The notes under the pieces were generated by a model, which worked only from the letters and a program-made list of their open reading frames with translations, was not told the origin of the DNA and did not search any database. Shown one piece after another: positions 49,101-62,659 of a DNA stretch of 64,000 nt. The translations under genes and the position numbers were made by a program. How positions within the stretch are numbered: position 1 is the stretch's first letter; every line of letters begins with the position of its first letter. Origin of the DNA: Lama guanicoe (lineage: Eukaryota); assembly GCA_013239625.1 (NCBI GenBank), contig MU053652.1:2048001-2112000 (forward strand), written 5' to 3'.

Positions 49101-51792
49101 TATATTAGCCCAAGATTGTAACCAACTCAAATGTTCGTCAACTAGAGAATAGGTAAACAAACTGGTGCAGTCATTCAATAGAAAACTACTCAGCCATAAA
49201 AAGGAGTGAACCACTGGCATGTACAAAAACGGATGGATCTCAAAAATGTTGTGTTGAACAACAACAAAAGCTAGACAAAAAGAGCACTGTTAATTACATT
49301 TATATGAACTCCAAGAACAGGTTAAAAAAATTTTCTTGGATAACAAAAATATTCTCTTATGTTATTTTGGGTGGTAGTTTTAAAGGGGTATATAATTGTC
49401 AAACCTCATCAAACTGAATTCTTAAAATATGGACATTTCATACAACGTATATATTACTGAAAAATTTTAACAATAATACCTTTTACTGATTAGGGTGTAG
49501 TGAAACCAATACTCCTCTAAATTGGACAATTATTTTAGAAATCATTTTGGCAAGGATAATCAAGAAAATTCTAAAAAGCCCAACTGTTTTAATTCAATGA
49601 TTCATTCAGACAAATCTACTCTTAAGAAATAATTCAAATTAACAAAATGTAAGAAGCACAAAAATGTTGACAATAGTATTTTTGTAACTGTGTAATCTGA
49701 AGTACTTCAAAATCCAACACTGGGTAAAAATTAAACAAAGTGCAATAAATATACTTTATAGAATATATTTTAGCCACTAAAAGTATATTTATTATGACTA
49801 TATTACAAGCTGAAGACATATTAATGCTACAATCCTTTATATTCCTATAAAAATATACATATGGGAAAACACTAGAAGGAAATAAACCATAATGATAAAT
49901 TGTTGTATTTGGCTTGTGAGAGTACTTTTTTTTCTTTTCAGCTTGGTATTCTGAATTTTAATATTTCTCTTTCCTTTAAAATATTTTCAATGTGTTTGGT
50001 TTTTCTTTTTTCTTGATATTTTTGCAATATTGCTTTTTTTTTCCTGCAAGGACAAGGTATTTTTCTCCAGTTAGTCACATATCATTTATGTCCTGCTATC
50101 ATTTTCCTAGTTTAAATTGGTTTTTTATTGCACAAGAAATTCTTGGTTACATTTTCATTATCTTTCATATAAAAGGGCTTCAGTTTTACCCAGAAAGTTT
50201 TTAATTTCGAGAAAATAAATTTTTTAACTGAACTTTAATGTTTTAATGTAACAGTTGGGATAGGCCTTTCCAGGGACCCAAATACTCATGCCCACCACAC
50301 AGAATCATGGTGTACAGCTAAATATTATGTTATTGATGTAAAACATTAAATATATTTATTTGAAAGCATCTGAAAATATTAGCAGTGGTTAGTCTCTGGG
50401 TAGTGAGATAAGGTTAAACTTCTTTTTCCTTGGCTTTTTCTTTCCTACAGTGAATATATATTATTTTGAGATAAAAAGGAACAGTAAACTTAAATCCCAA
50501 TATCAAGCCCTGGGCCCGATCCTGATCCAAGTCAGGGTCAGGAAATTGCAGAATTCCCCAGGCCAGAAGCTTCCTCATCGTGCATTTCATCTTGCTGTTA
50601 ATGATCACTTGACATTAAAATTCCTCTTCCTGTGCTGCCCTCTTGATCTTAATAACCTGATGCTCTGGGACTTCATTTTCTGGCCCTTAGCCTTGCTTCT
50701 ACCAGTCCCACTGTCCTCACACCACTCGTGGGGTCAGGAAACTTGCTGAGCAAGTGCAGGTGGCAGGGACTCTCAGTCTAGTCCCTCTTGGTCCCTCGAT
50801 TCCTTGGTGTCACACAGGCAGCTGGAACAATAGCTACAACTACCCTCCCTCCCCAAATCCCCAGCACCAGAGCCGGCTACGCCATCCTAGCTCCTGTTCC
50901 TGCCAGACCTTTATTAAGCGTGACAAGGGTTTGGAACGCCTGCGAAACATCATAATCTCCCCGTCTCCCTGTAGAAGCAAATAGAGTTAAAGGAGGCTGT
51001 GGAGGGTGGAACAGTGGCAGACGCATCCCTGGAGAGCCCAGCTCCAGCCTGCCTCGGCTGTCTGTGTCTCCCCCTCTCGGCTCAGATCTTCTCTCAGGAG
51101 TCTGGCCAAGCCTGCTGAAGGGGAGCTAAAGAGGTGACTGCAAATTGAAATGAACATCCCGCTGAAAAGAATTCAGAGTGGTGATAAATAGCTTTTTGGG
51201 GCCCTGGCGTATAGCAGACAGCAGAGGACTCTCTCCCCATTCGCCCCTGAGTATAAATTAGAGAGGGATGTAAGTTCTTCATCATTCCCTCCTGGGAACT
51301 CCTACAGCACTCTGAAAGAGTGACCACGACCAGGGAGGAGGGGCAAGGAACAGCTCAAATTAGAGGGAACCTTATTAAAATATGTCTCCTCATAGCTATT
51401 CAATCACTAATTGACTTTTCCTCCTCACTTTAATTTTGACACTGGTGTCTTAATTAATTAACTCTGTCACCAAAGCCCCAGGGTGCCACAGCAGGACTCA
51501 CCAGGAGTTTATCTCTCTACGGTCCAGCCGGTTTGACAGGTAGGCTCTCCCTGGCCAGCTCCCTGGGTAATGGCCTGAGCCATCTCGGTCCCTGGAGGAA
51601 ACAGACGGAAACAGACATGCACTGTAATTCTTTAACCGTTGGCCACAGGGCCCAGCCGGCAGGGAAGGAAGCAGAAAGCTCTCCCTCTCTGACAGCATCA
51701 TAAATTGCCTTCTCTCCTCTGTCTTCTCTTATGTATACAAGGTTCATCACCAAGAGCGGCGGGTGAGAGAGACAGGTCACAAATATTGCTTT

Positions 51793-51914
51793 TGGGGTTG
51801 GGGGGAGGTAATTAGGTTTATTTATTTCTTTACTTTTTTTTTTCTTTAGAAGAGGTACGGGGGATTGAACCCAGGACCTCGTGCATACTACCATTTTGAG
51901 CTATACCCTCCCCC
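51793..51914 (-). mobile_element. Vic-1-type camelid SINE (short internal deletion)
   Basis: gaggtacgggggattgaacccaggacctcgtgcat...tgagctataccctcccc is the reverse complement of the SINE head. Degenerate TSD aaatattgctt / aagtgttgctt. Confidence 0.9.
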
Positions 51915-52089
51915 ATCAAGTGTTGCTTCTGAGTAAGCCTTCTAGGAAATCATTTGTTCACTCACTTGTCCATTCATACTGGTATTTCATTTGTTCTTGA
52001 CTGGCTTGTGCTTGATGTGTATGATTGGGGGATGGGGGGGCAAAGAAGTATAAATTATGCCATCTGTCATTTTAGTTGAAGAGATCTGT

Positions 52090-53280
52090 TTTCCCTCCTT
52101 GGAATAAACACTCCATGAAAGTAGAGACCTTATCAATCATCATCACTGCTGTATCTCCAGACAATGGAATGTCACCTGACACACAGTAGACACCAAGGAG
52201 GTATTTGTGTCATGAATAAATGAACGTCTCTCCTAAATTTTGAACCCATTTTCAACCACCAAGTGGACACCTCTTCCTGGAAATCCTCAAACTCAACAGA
52301 TCCAAAGCAGAGGTCATAATTCTGTCCTCTCTTCCTTTACCTTAATGTCCTCCTCACCCTCTATTCCCTGATGATGAATGACAATATCATGCACCTTGTC
52401 ACCTAAATCTTGTCACCTAAAGGGGGTATTTTCCATGCCTCCCTCTTGCTCATGGCCCCCACTCCCAATTGGTCACCAGGCTGATTCTCCTTTGCAAATC
52501 TCTCTCTAATCCACTTCATCCTCATTCCCACCCACCTGCCCTCACCCAGGCCCTCATCATCCTTGTCTGGATTATCACAGTCTTTGCAGAACAGGGTTCC
52601 CTGTTTCCAATTTTCTCCCCGCCCATCTGTGCTGCACGCTGTCACCAGAATTATCTTTCTAAAATCTGATAATGTCACTCCCCTGTTTAGAAGGATTGCA
52701 AAGGAGCTGTAGGATAAAGCTTAACTCCTTAGAGGCGGTGAGATACCTTGGGGTTCTGGCACCTGCTAAGTGCCCAGGGTCTCTCCTGTTGCTCCCTGTG
52801 GGACCCTCATCCCATCCAGCCACGATGGAGGCACCATGGTAGCAGTCCCACTGGGGTTCTGCATTCCTGCTGCTGCTCCCAGAATGCCCTTCCCCGTCAA
52901 CCCCTCCCCCACCCCTAACACCCACACCCACATCCACACACGCACTCACTCCCGTCAGCATCCACCTACTGAGAGCTTTCTCTGCTGCTCTCCCTGTTCC
53001 CGCAGTTATCATCACTCCCTGTGTGTAGCCTCTCTCAGCTCCTCCCTCCCCTCCTCCTGTAAAAAAATGGAAATAACTCTAATGATGAGCTCCGTCCTCT
53101 TACATCCTTTAACCCTCAGTGCAAACCTCTATTATTAAAGACGTCACGTGGCACCGTATGCTCTCTGGGCCCTTCCTCAAGAGCCCAACAAGAAACCTTT
53201 CTTGCTTGAGTCCTCAGCACCTCACATAGCGCCAGATGGACACATAGTATCTGCTCAATAAACCTTGCTCCAGTGAATAG
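52090..53280 (+). mobile_element. L2 LINE fragments
   Basis: cctcaaactcaacagatccaaa, atctttctaaaatctgataatgtcactcccctg and cacatagtatctgctcaataaa. Confidence 0.8.
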
Positions 53281-55339
53281 ATGGTATTAAGTACAAAGAG
53301 AGAGACTCATAGACAGACGAAGCAGATGACAAGCTGGAGCACTTGTTCTATGATGTGACCAAGAAAACGAGTGGAATCAACTCTCAGTCTTAGCTCTGCC
53401 CTAATAAAGCTGCCCCACACGATGGAGGATCACCTGGTACAACTGGAAAAGGACCCGGGAGTTAAGGAGCCCTGTGAGCTCATTTTAGCTCCAGACCTCA
53501 CTAGTACGTGGACCTTAGCCCTGGCTCTTAGATTCTCTGTCCCAAGCCTTCTCATTGACTGCTTATATAGCCTCCTCTCATGTGTATGTTACAAGAAAGA
53601 GCTTTACTAGTGCTGCGTGCGCTTAACACATTCTCAAATTAGAATTAAGTGATGTCCCCCAGTCAAATTAGAACTTGAACTCACAGCCTCTGTAAACTCT
53701 GTGACCTCCTCCCCAAGTTGGGCTGTCCTGCCCTCAAATAAGAGCCTTAGTAAGTAGATTATCTTGAATTCCCACCACCTCTAAATGCTTCCATTGCAAT
53801 ACTCTCTTCCTCCAGGACATCTTGAATGGTTCTTCCCGAGGAGTAGGCCAGGACCACCGCCCCTCACCCAGGACACCTGGGGTCTCCCCTCCAACAGGGA
53901 GCAGAAGGACCCCCAGCACAGCCAGTCAGAAGCCCGGCTGTCATTTTTAGGAGATTCAGGCAACCTACTACTATTTGAGGCTCAAAATAACACCGCCAGT
54001 CTTCCTGTTTATTTCTTAAATGCAGATCTTAACAGTAAGGATGGTACCTGTCGGGGAGGGAAAAGAAGGGATTTGGGCTGACAGTTGGTTTCATGTCACC
54101 TAAAAGGATTATCTTATACCATCAGAAAGAGAATTCCCCTCCTAGCAGGGAAAGATGGATTAGATCTTTACTTCAGATGGTACTTTATGAAAAGATTATT
54201 TAAAGATTATAGGACAAAATGGATACATTTGACAGCATCTGCTAGGGCTGGGTTTTTCTGGCTCCTGAGAAACAATTATCACTTATGCAATTAGTAGATT
54301 GCCTGCATTGGTGCCAGTCTAGAGGCTGTCTACATACAGATGTCCACACGCTCCTGTTGTGGAGCTTCCTTCCCCTTCTCCTCCCATCTTTGAGAGTGAC
54401 ACAAAATGCCACCACCCCCACAAAGTCTTCCCTGGTTTCTCCACCCAGAAATGGTCCCTCTTGCCTCCTGTCTCCCTCCTGTCTTCAAAGGTCTTATCAC
54501 ATGCTGCTTTGTGCAGGAGCTCTACCTGCCTGTGCCAACTCCTCCTGGACCCGAAATGTCTTACACGAGTTATTACCCACGCCCCACGAGACCGTGCATG
54601 CAGTAGGCAGTGGGAAATGTAAAAGCCTCACTGTGACCCAGTCTCAGCCGTCCACCCAGGCAGTGCCCTGAAGGAGGGTCTTGGGAGTGGGGTTCTGCAG
54701 ATCCGAATCTTGCCATGTTGTTATCCACATGGAGCTTTAGGGCTGAGGAGCATGTGGTACGATGTGCCATCCTGAGGGGCTTCCAGGAAGCACTGCTGTC
54801 CAGAGCAGCTTGGTCAAACTCCCCGGGACTCTTATTTTATGGTGAGGCAGTTTTGAAAACAGTACTGAGGAATGATGCTGGCGTACTAATCTGAACAGCC
54901 CTTGGCACGGTACAACAGAGCAAGTCTAGCTCTACTCTTGCAGAAGGCGGTCTCCTGAATCTGCAGAAATCTGTGAATGGCACCTAAATTGGTTTGGAGC
55001 ATGCCATCCCCAGTGGCTACTGATGCTTCCAGCCTCTCCCCCATCACTTCCTCCCACCTGCATTCAACTAGTGCCAGCAGCCCTCATGCTTCCCACACTT
55101 CCCTGCATCCAAGAAACACAATTTCTTTTCCCTGGACTGCTCTCCCCTCAGCCCTCCTCCATTCTATGAATTCCTCCTCCACTCCTTTAGACTCAGCTCA
55201 GATGTCACCTCCTCCATGAAGCCCTCCCTGCTGCCTCTGGTGGATGCAGGGTATCCTTGTCTTCCTAGGATTCACTATCTGAGGTACAGAGAAGCAAAAA
55301 TCACCATAATCTGAAAACATTCACTAATAAATAGACACT

Positions 55340-57095
55340 CATCAAAAAAACTCGATCAACAACTATATATTGAGTGCCCATCATGTACCAGGCACTGATC
55401 TCTGCATGTGGAAGACAGCAGTGAACAAAACAGACAAACAGCCCCACCCTTGTGGTGTGTGGCAGGGGGCAGGACATCAATACACAATGAACGTAACAGG
55501 AAGTAAATTATATAACATGTTAGAGGTTGACAGGCGCCTGCAGAAAGTTAAAGTCAGAAACGAGTGAAGATGAAGAAAGCTGGAGCAACAAGAGAGAGGA
55601 CAGGGCTGGGTGAAATGAGAAGGTCTGGACAGGCCTCATAGTGAAGGTGACATTCAACCAAAGACCAGACAGAGACAGGCGTGGTCCAGCAGATTTCTGT
55701 AGGAAGAACTGTGGCCCGTAGGTCAAATCCAACCTGCCACTTATGTTTAGATAGCCCACTAGCTAAGAACGTTTCTGACATTTTTAAATGGTTGGAAAAA
55801 ATCAAAAGAAGAGTAATATTTCATGACACATGAAAATGACATGAAATTCAAATTTGAGGGCCCATAAATAAAGTCGTACGGGAACACAGCCACCTTCATT
55901 CATTTACGTATTGCCTGTGGTTGTTTTCACGCTGCAATGGCAGAGTTAAATAGCTGTGATGGAGACCCTCAAAGCCTTAAATATTTACTGTATAACCCTT
56001 CTCAGAAAAAGTGTACCAACCCCCGAGTAAGAGCAAACAGCCCAGGACAGAAGCCAGAATGGGAAGGAGACAGCAGGGCTGGAGTGAGCGGGGGGGCGAT
56101 GAACAGGAACAGGGAGGACGCAGTGGGGACAGGCTGGGGATGGAGCGCAGATCAGGTAAGTTCTGTCAGACCACTCGCTTTTAACTCAGGCAGTGGGGAG
56201 CCACTGCAGGATTCTGATTAGAAGAGCCACACAGTCTGGATTAGGTTTTAAGAGGATGGCTCTGGAGTCTCTATTGAGAATAGACATATCTTAGCAGGTT
56301 ATTGCTGCTGTTTAGAGAACAAAGCACAGTGGCTCGGACTGGGGTGGTAGCACTCAGTGTAGGTGACAAGAGGCGATTCGATTCTGGATATGTTTCGGAC
56401 AGAGAGCCAACAGGATTTCCTGATGACTGGATGCAGGATGCGGGAAAGGATCAAGGAGGATGCGGAGGTCTGGGCATGAGCTACTGGAAGGTGGAAGAAG
56501 TCTGTGGGGAAATAGCAGGTCTAGTTCACCATGCTGGGTTCGAGATGCCCATTAGACAAGCCGCTGAGTGGCTGACGCTGAGTGACAGTTGGCTCTACGA
56601 GTCTGGAGTTCAGGAGAGAGGACTGGAAAGAGCTTTAAACATGGGAGTTGTAAGCATATAAGGGGTATTTAAACCATGGAACTAGCTGAAGTATCCAAGG
56701 AAGTGCATACACAAAGAGAAAGAGAAGAGGACTAAGGATGGAGCCTGGATGCTTTAGGAACTCAGAGGAGACAGGAAGAAAGCAGCAGAGGAGACAAAGA
56801 CGTTTCCAATGACGTGGGCAGAAAAGCAGCCGGAGTGGAAGCCAGGTGGGAAGGAGAGATTACCGCTGTCTGATGCTGCCTCTCTGTAAGCTGGGTGAAG
56901 ACTAGGAGTGGCCACTGATCCAGTAACATGGAGGGCGTGGAGGGCGTGGGGGCGCTTTACACAAACATGGGTTTGGGGAGAGGCTGGGGTGAAAGCTGAT
57001 TGAAGTGAACTGGAGAGAGAGTGGGAAAAAAAGAAACTGAAGACAGTGCGGACTACACTTCTGAGGAGGTTTACTGCGAAGGGGAGACATGGGAC
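55340..57095 (-). mobile_element. L2 LINE (3' part) interrupted by MER58B
   Basis: tattgagtgcccatcatgtaccaggcactg...acagcagtgaacaaaacagacaaa and gagtctggagttcaggagagagg. Confidence 0.9.
55705..56025. mobile_element. MER58B-like hAT-Charlie MITE
   Basis: catttttaaatggttggaaaaaatcaaaagaagagtaatatttcatgacacatgaaaat...ggaacacagccac...aatatttactgt. Confidence 0.9.
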
Positions 57096-59079
57096 ATCAG
57101 CTGGAGAGGAGGTGCTCGTTGATAAGAATAATCTAATAGCAAAACACCGACGCGTTGGGGGAAAGGGGGGATTTCTGCAGGAGCAGGGGGGGCTGGAGCA
57201 GATCGTGGGAAGTCCTCACTCCCCACAGAAATCCAGCGCCCGTCCACACTCACCATGGTGGGGACTTTGTCACTCTGCTCTACTTATTCACTGATTTATT
57301 CATTCAACCAATTTTCACTGAATGCTCTCTATGTGCCCGGTTTGATTCTAGGCACTGGGGATCCAAAGCAGGGAGGAAGTCCGATGGTCTCTGCTCTCCT
57401 GAAGGTTCCATGCTAGTGGGGGTGTTTGTGGGGTAACTGTAAATCCCGAGTTCAACTAATTCAAAAGACTCGGACATTTAATATCTCCTGTGATGGAAAG
57501 TCCAGATAAATGTTCACAGTTATGCCATGATTACAGCCTTAGTCATCACAGTCATGCAGTTATTATAGCCTTAATCAAAATGCATCACCATTGTCTACTT
57601 ATCAATGCCCTACACTGACAGTGATTTTCTTTAAAGGGACAATATTTATAACCCCAGCACTTAATGCAGTATCTCATAGAGGGAAGGGACTTTTAAATGT
57701 TCACTGAATGAATACATAAATAACCTGAGAGACAGGGGGAAACCCTCTATTAAAATTTTTCCATAATATTCACCCCTGTGAGTTACCAAGCTACAATGTT
57801 CGAGAGCAAAACATCCCTATGTCGTCCAGCACCTTTGCACAGTCATTCACACTGAAGTATGAATTAGTTTCCTTGGATACTTTTAACAGCCAGATAAGAT
57901 CAGCTGTACCTTATCAACTGGATATTCCCATGGAGGGGGATGAAGTGGAGATCTGGGAGGGATGATTTGCAAACTGAGGCACTACCAGGAAATATGAGAC
58001 TAGTTGTCCTGACCCAGTGGTTGGTCCTGGTGACTGAATGAGGACACCAAATACGTATCATTGGGGTGAGAGGAGGGACACAAGAAAGGGTACAGAGGGA
58101 GAAAGAAGGTGAAAGGGCTCATTCTACCTGAGGCATTGCCCCTTGGAACCCCCTTGGCTGACTGTCCTGACCTGCGTCCCAAGCCAGTGGAGGGTGGTGG
58201 GGGGAGGGGGGACAGGGTGGTTACTGACACAGTCAGAGCCCAGTCGCCAGGTTTCAGGAGACAAAGCTTCTAATTTTAAATTTGGTCTTTGCAATTGCTT
58301 TAACTAGTAGGCTGTCTATCTCTGATTAATTTTCCACCCTTCCAAACGTTCCATCAGTATTTATTAGGGATGCTGGGAGGTGTTTCATGTGCTTATTGGC
58401 CCTATGAATTGCTACTTTATTCTTGTAAGGAAGAAACCTGTGTCCAGTGAAACTGCTTAAAGTCTAACAAATTATAGGAAGACAGAAGAGTTACAGTCCT
58501 AGCCCCGTTTAAGACATCTGAGTTGGTTTTGTTCTCACAATGTCACAAATCTCCCTCTTTGTAACCCAAAGGGATTTTATAATAGACCATCCAGGAAACC
58601 TCAAGTTTCATCACACCAGAGGCAGCCTTCCAGCCCCTGACTTGGTTGTCACTTCTTTCTTGGTTCCCATAACATAACCCCAAATCTCTTCAAATGTCTT
58701 CCTGTAGGTATCTCATCAAGACCAACCCATCTCCTTTCTTTCCTCAGCTGCCACTAAGGTGCTCCAACCTCCAGAGGAGGCTAAGTCGGAAAGCACCACT
58801 CCCAGCAGCTACCGCCTAGCACTCACCACACGGTGGCCTTGGTCTTCAGTTCTCCTGCATCTTCTCGGCCCTCATCCTGCATGACAATGAGGTGCAGTGA
58901 CGGGGGGGAGCTCAGCTGCAAAGGCCCAGGCCAAGGTCAACATCAGGAGCCTCACCTGCAGTTGGGGTTGGTGGCCCTGTCCCATTAGCTGTCGCTGAGA
59001 CCAGCAGGAGGACCATCCTAATTAGCCATCTTTCCTGTCTCTATACTCTGTTAATGTCTTTCATAGCATGCATTACAAT

Positions 59080-61540
59080 TTGTTCAGTTGATCATTTTAA
59101 AATATTTTTTTACATCTTCTTAGCGTCAGACACCATGCTAGGCCCAGGGGATACAGTTGTGAGCAGAATCTGATATAGCCCATCCTCTCACAGAGGTTTT
59201 AGTGTCCTGGAGAGAACATGCATGGATTTCTTTTAAAATCACAACCATGGGTATATCACACAAAGTGACATGAGTACTTTGAAGAAATTTCTATTTCACA
59301 GTATAACTAGGAAGCTAGCACTAGACTGGGGTGTGGGGAGGCTTCCCCAGAGAAGTGATGCTCCAGCCAGTATCTGAAGGGTTAGTAGGGGTTAACCAGG
59401 CACAGGGAAGAGGGTAGCTTTCCAGGCTGAAGGAAGCACATCTGCAAAGATCTTCAGCAAGGTGAAGCAAAAGGCTAGCAAGTTTAAGGGGGTAGCTGTG
59501 CAAAGAATGAAGTGGGGAGTGGTGCACAATGGGTCTGGAAGCTACCAGGTGACCCCATGCCAGGCCTTGCAGACCATGTTAGAGAATTTGGTTTAATCCC
59601 AGGGGGAAGAGTAAGCTGTCCAAAAGTTGTAAGAAGGAGGAGGGTTCAAGGTTGGAGGTCACATGATCATATCTGGTTTCACAGAAGATCATTCTAACTA
59701 TGGTGTGGAAAATAGTTTGGCAAAGGCATAGAAGAGCTGGGAGACCAATCAGCAGTCTGGGGAGAAAGGATGGGAGCGGATTGGTGGGGTGGCGATAGGG
59801 GTAGGGAAAGGTGGACAGATTGGGAAGATACTTAGAAATCAAATCAATAGGAATTTGTGACAGATTAAAGAGATACTGAAGGAGAAGGAAGTTTCAAGGA
59901 AAATTTCTAGATTTCTGAATTAAGAAACTGAATGGGTTGTGCTACCACTCACTGAAATAAGGAAAACTAAAGTAGAAAATCAGAAAATTAGACATGAACC
60001 AGGCAGAGGCTCCCAGAGAAAGGGGGGTCATGAGTTTGGTCTCAGACTGTTGAGTCTGAATTACCTTTGAGAGATCCAAGTGGAGATACAGTAGGATTCA
60101 GAAAAGCAGTGGAAGGCTACACTTGGGTCAAGAACCCAGCAGAGAGGAATGAGTTTAAAATCTAACTTAGGGGTTTGTTATGTGTATGCAAAGAGCTGGA
60201 TGCCTGCATCATCCCAAAATTCATGTATTCACATTCTAACCACCAGTATTAGGAACTGGGTCCTTTGGGAGGTAATTAGCTCATAGGGTGGAGCCCCCAT
60301 GAATGGGATTAGTGCCCTTATGTCATTAAGGCAAACTCCATGGTGTTGAGTCTGAAGAACTGAAAGAATAGAGTTTATCTTTAGCTGGGATGGGACAGTC
60401 TGTGGAAGCAGTAAGTTTTTGGGTGAATATCACCAGCTCAGTTCTGACCTAATTTGGAGGTACCTTCAGAGCTGTTAAGAAGCTGCTGGAGAAAGGAGTT
60501 TTTTGAAGAGTCAGGGCTGGAGAGAGAAAGTGTTGAGCTGTCAGCACACAGATGGTATTTAAAGCCAGTGGGATAAGATGAGGTCACCATGAGAATGAGG
60601 AAAGGTTAAAAAGAGAAGAGGGCTGAGCCCTCGGCCCTGGGACATCCCAAGGTTTAGAGGGCAGGAAGATGGGAGAAGCCAGCACGGGAGCCTGAGAGGG
60701 AGAGACCGGTGAGGAAGGAGAGCCAGAAGAAAGGGGTGTTCTAAAAGCCACGATAGAAAATGCTTCAAAGGAGAGAAAGTGAACCAACCAAATTACATAC
60801 AGCTGGTAGGTCCCTTTAGAGGAGAACCGAGGAAGGACCACTTGAATGGCAAGGTGGACATCACTGGTGATCTTGAAAAGATTAGTTTCCACTAATTTGT
60901 TTCCTGAGTCCAGAAAAGGCTCAGGAGAGAACTAGAGGAGAAATCTCGGAACCAGTAAGTACAGACAACTTTGCTAGGAGTTGTGCTGTAAAGCAAAGGA
61001 GATAAATGGGGTGGTAGCTGGAAGGGAGATTGAAGCCAAAAATGAATTTTAGGCTTTTTTTAAGTGGAAGAAATAGCAACATATATGAATGCTAAAGGGG
61101 ATGGTCAGCACAGTAAAGGAAGAAAATGAGGAGGCAGAATAAACATGAATAATTCAGGAGAGAACAGAAGAAATTGCTGTAGAAATGCCTCTGAGTAGTA
61201 GCGGGGGATGGAAGCAAGCGCTGAAGTGGAAGGGCTGGTCTCAGGCTGCAGCAGGGACCACTCATCCACAGAGGCAGGAAAACGCCAGTGATGTGGGTAG
61301 CTGGATCCAAGTGCCGATGGCAGCTCTTGCAAGTTCTCTGCCGATGTAATTTTCTCAGTGACGTAGGAAGGAAGATGACCAATGGCAAGTGAAGAGGGAG
61401 ATTCGGAGTTGAAGGGGTGAGAAGAAAGGAGGAAACACAAAATGGCCATCTAGGAGAAGAGGGGAGCAAATGGACCAGAGAAAGGAGGACAGGATAATTG
61501 CTGGGCAGTATGATGACTCCACATAAGCTAAGTGATCAGA
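59080..61540 (-). mobile_element. L2 LINE fragments (several)
   Basis: ggaggcttccccagagaagtgatg, agaagatcattctaactatggtgtggaaaatag, cagatggtatttaaagcc and gtaagtacagacaacttt. Confidence 0.85.
60185..60325 (+). mobile_element. MLT1A/B-like LTR 5' fragment
   Basis: cccaaaattcatgt ... cctttgggaggtaattag...gggtggagcccccatgaatgggattagtgcccttat. Confidence 0.85.
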
Positions 61541-62659
61541 TACTTAAAGTGACTTTGAAGGTTAGGAGTTTTAAATTAGTGACCTTGAAGGTGGGACAGA
61601 TACAGGTGGTGCTGCTGTACAGTACTTCTGGCAAGGGGCAGTTAAGAGAGAATGAAAGAAGGCATTAGATATTATTATGGCTTTGCTTACTGGTTCGTCT
61701 CCAGGACAGAGGACTGTTTATCTTTCTTCCTATTCTAGTGAAAAACGAAATTACCATGTGTGCAGCGCCTACACTGGGTACCTGCCACAAAGGTCGGTGC
61801 TCAATAAATATTTGGTAAAATACATTTCATACATTACAAAATACTTCATATATTACATTCCGCCCTCCTCCCCTCCCCACGTCTCTCTCTTCTCAGTCTT
61901 CTCCACTGACTCTCAAAAGAACTCGCAGGTTCAGCTTCACATTTAAAACACATCTGTTTTGCGAATGCTAAGGGCAGTTTCTCAGACAAGAAGCCAAAGA
62001 CCTAGATTTATGTGTAAAGTTAAGGAAAGGGCTATTGATTCATCCTGGTCCCTTCTTTTACACTAACGCAAACCTTTTTTACAGTGCCTTTGTGGACTAG
62101 AGTGTGTTTACAGTCACCATCTCCTCTCATACTCAGAGCAGGCCTGAGAGCCGGCTGGTGCAGCAGCAGCATCCCCATTTCCTAGGCGAGGGAACAGAGG
62201 CAGTGACTTTTTGCCTGGGCCACACAGCCAGTTTTGAGGCAAAGCAGGCATTAAAGCATCCTGTCTGGCTCCCACGTCCAGCTGCGCGGGCTATTCACCT
62301 TTGGCGGCTCACCTGATTTTGCTGCTTCCTATGACCCCCACTGCCCTTTAAATTCCTGATCTCCTCCTAGTATCTGCCTGCATGATCCCTTTCTCCCCCT
62401 CTTTCCTGCCTCCCTCCCAGTGATGTGTCTCAGGCTTGGGAAAAGGAGCTGGAAAATGTCTGTATTTCACTCCAGATCTCAGAAACAGGGGTAAGACCAG
62501 TTAGCAGGACATGTGTCCATATGACAATTCAGCAACTCTAAATCCAGCCACGCTTCTGAGTTTACATCCCGGATCACCTTGTTCCAACTCCCCATCCCAT
62601 CCAAGGGTGTGGGTGGATTGTGACATCCATTCCATTCCCAGAACCACATTTCAGTGTGC

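Noticed and set aside
52395..52421. Short direct repeats (cttgtcacctaaa twice; also near 56930 and 63172)
   Set aside because: Ordinary slippage micro-duplications with no evident function and no spacer structure, so not CRISPR-like.
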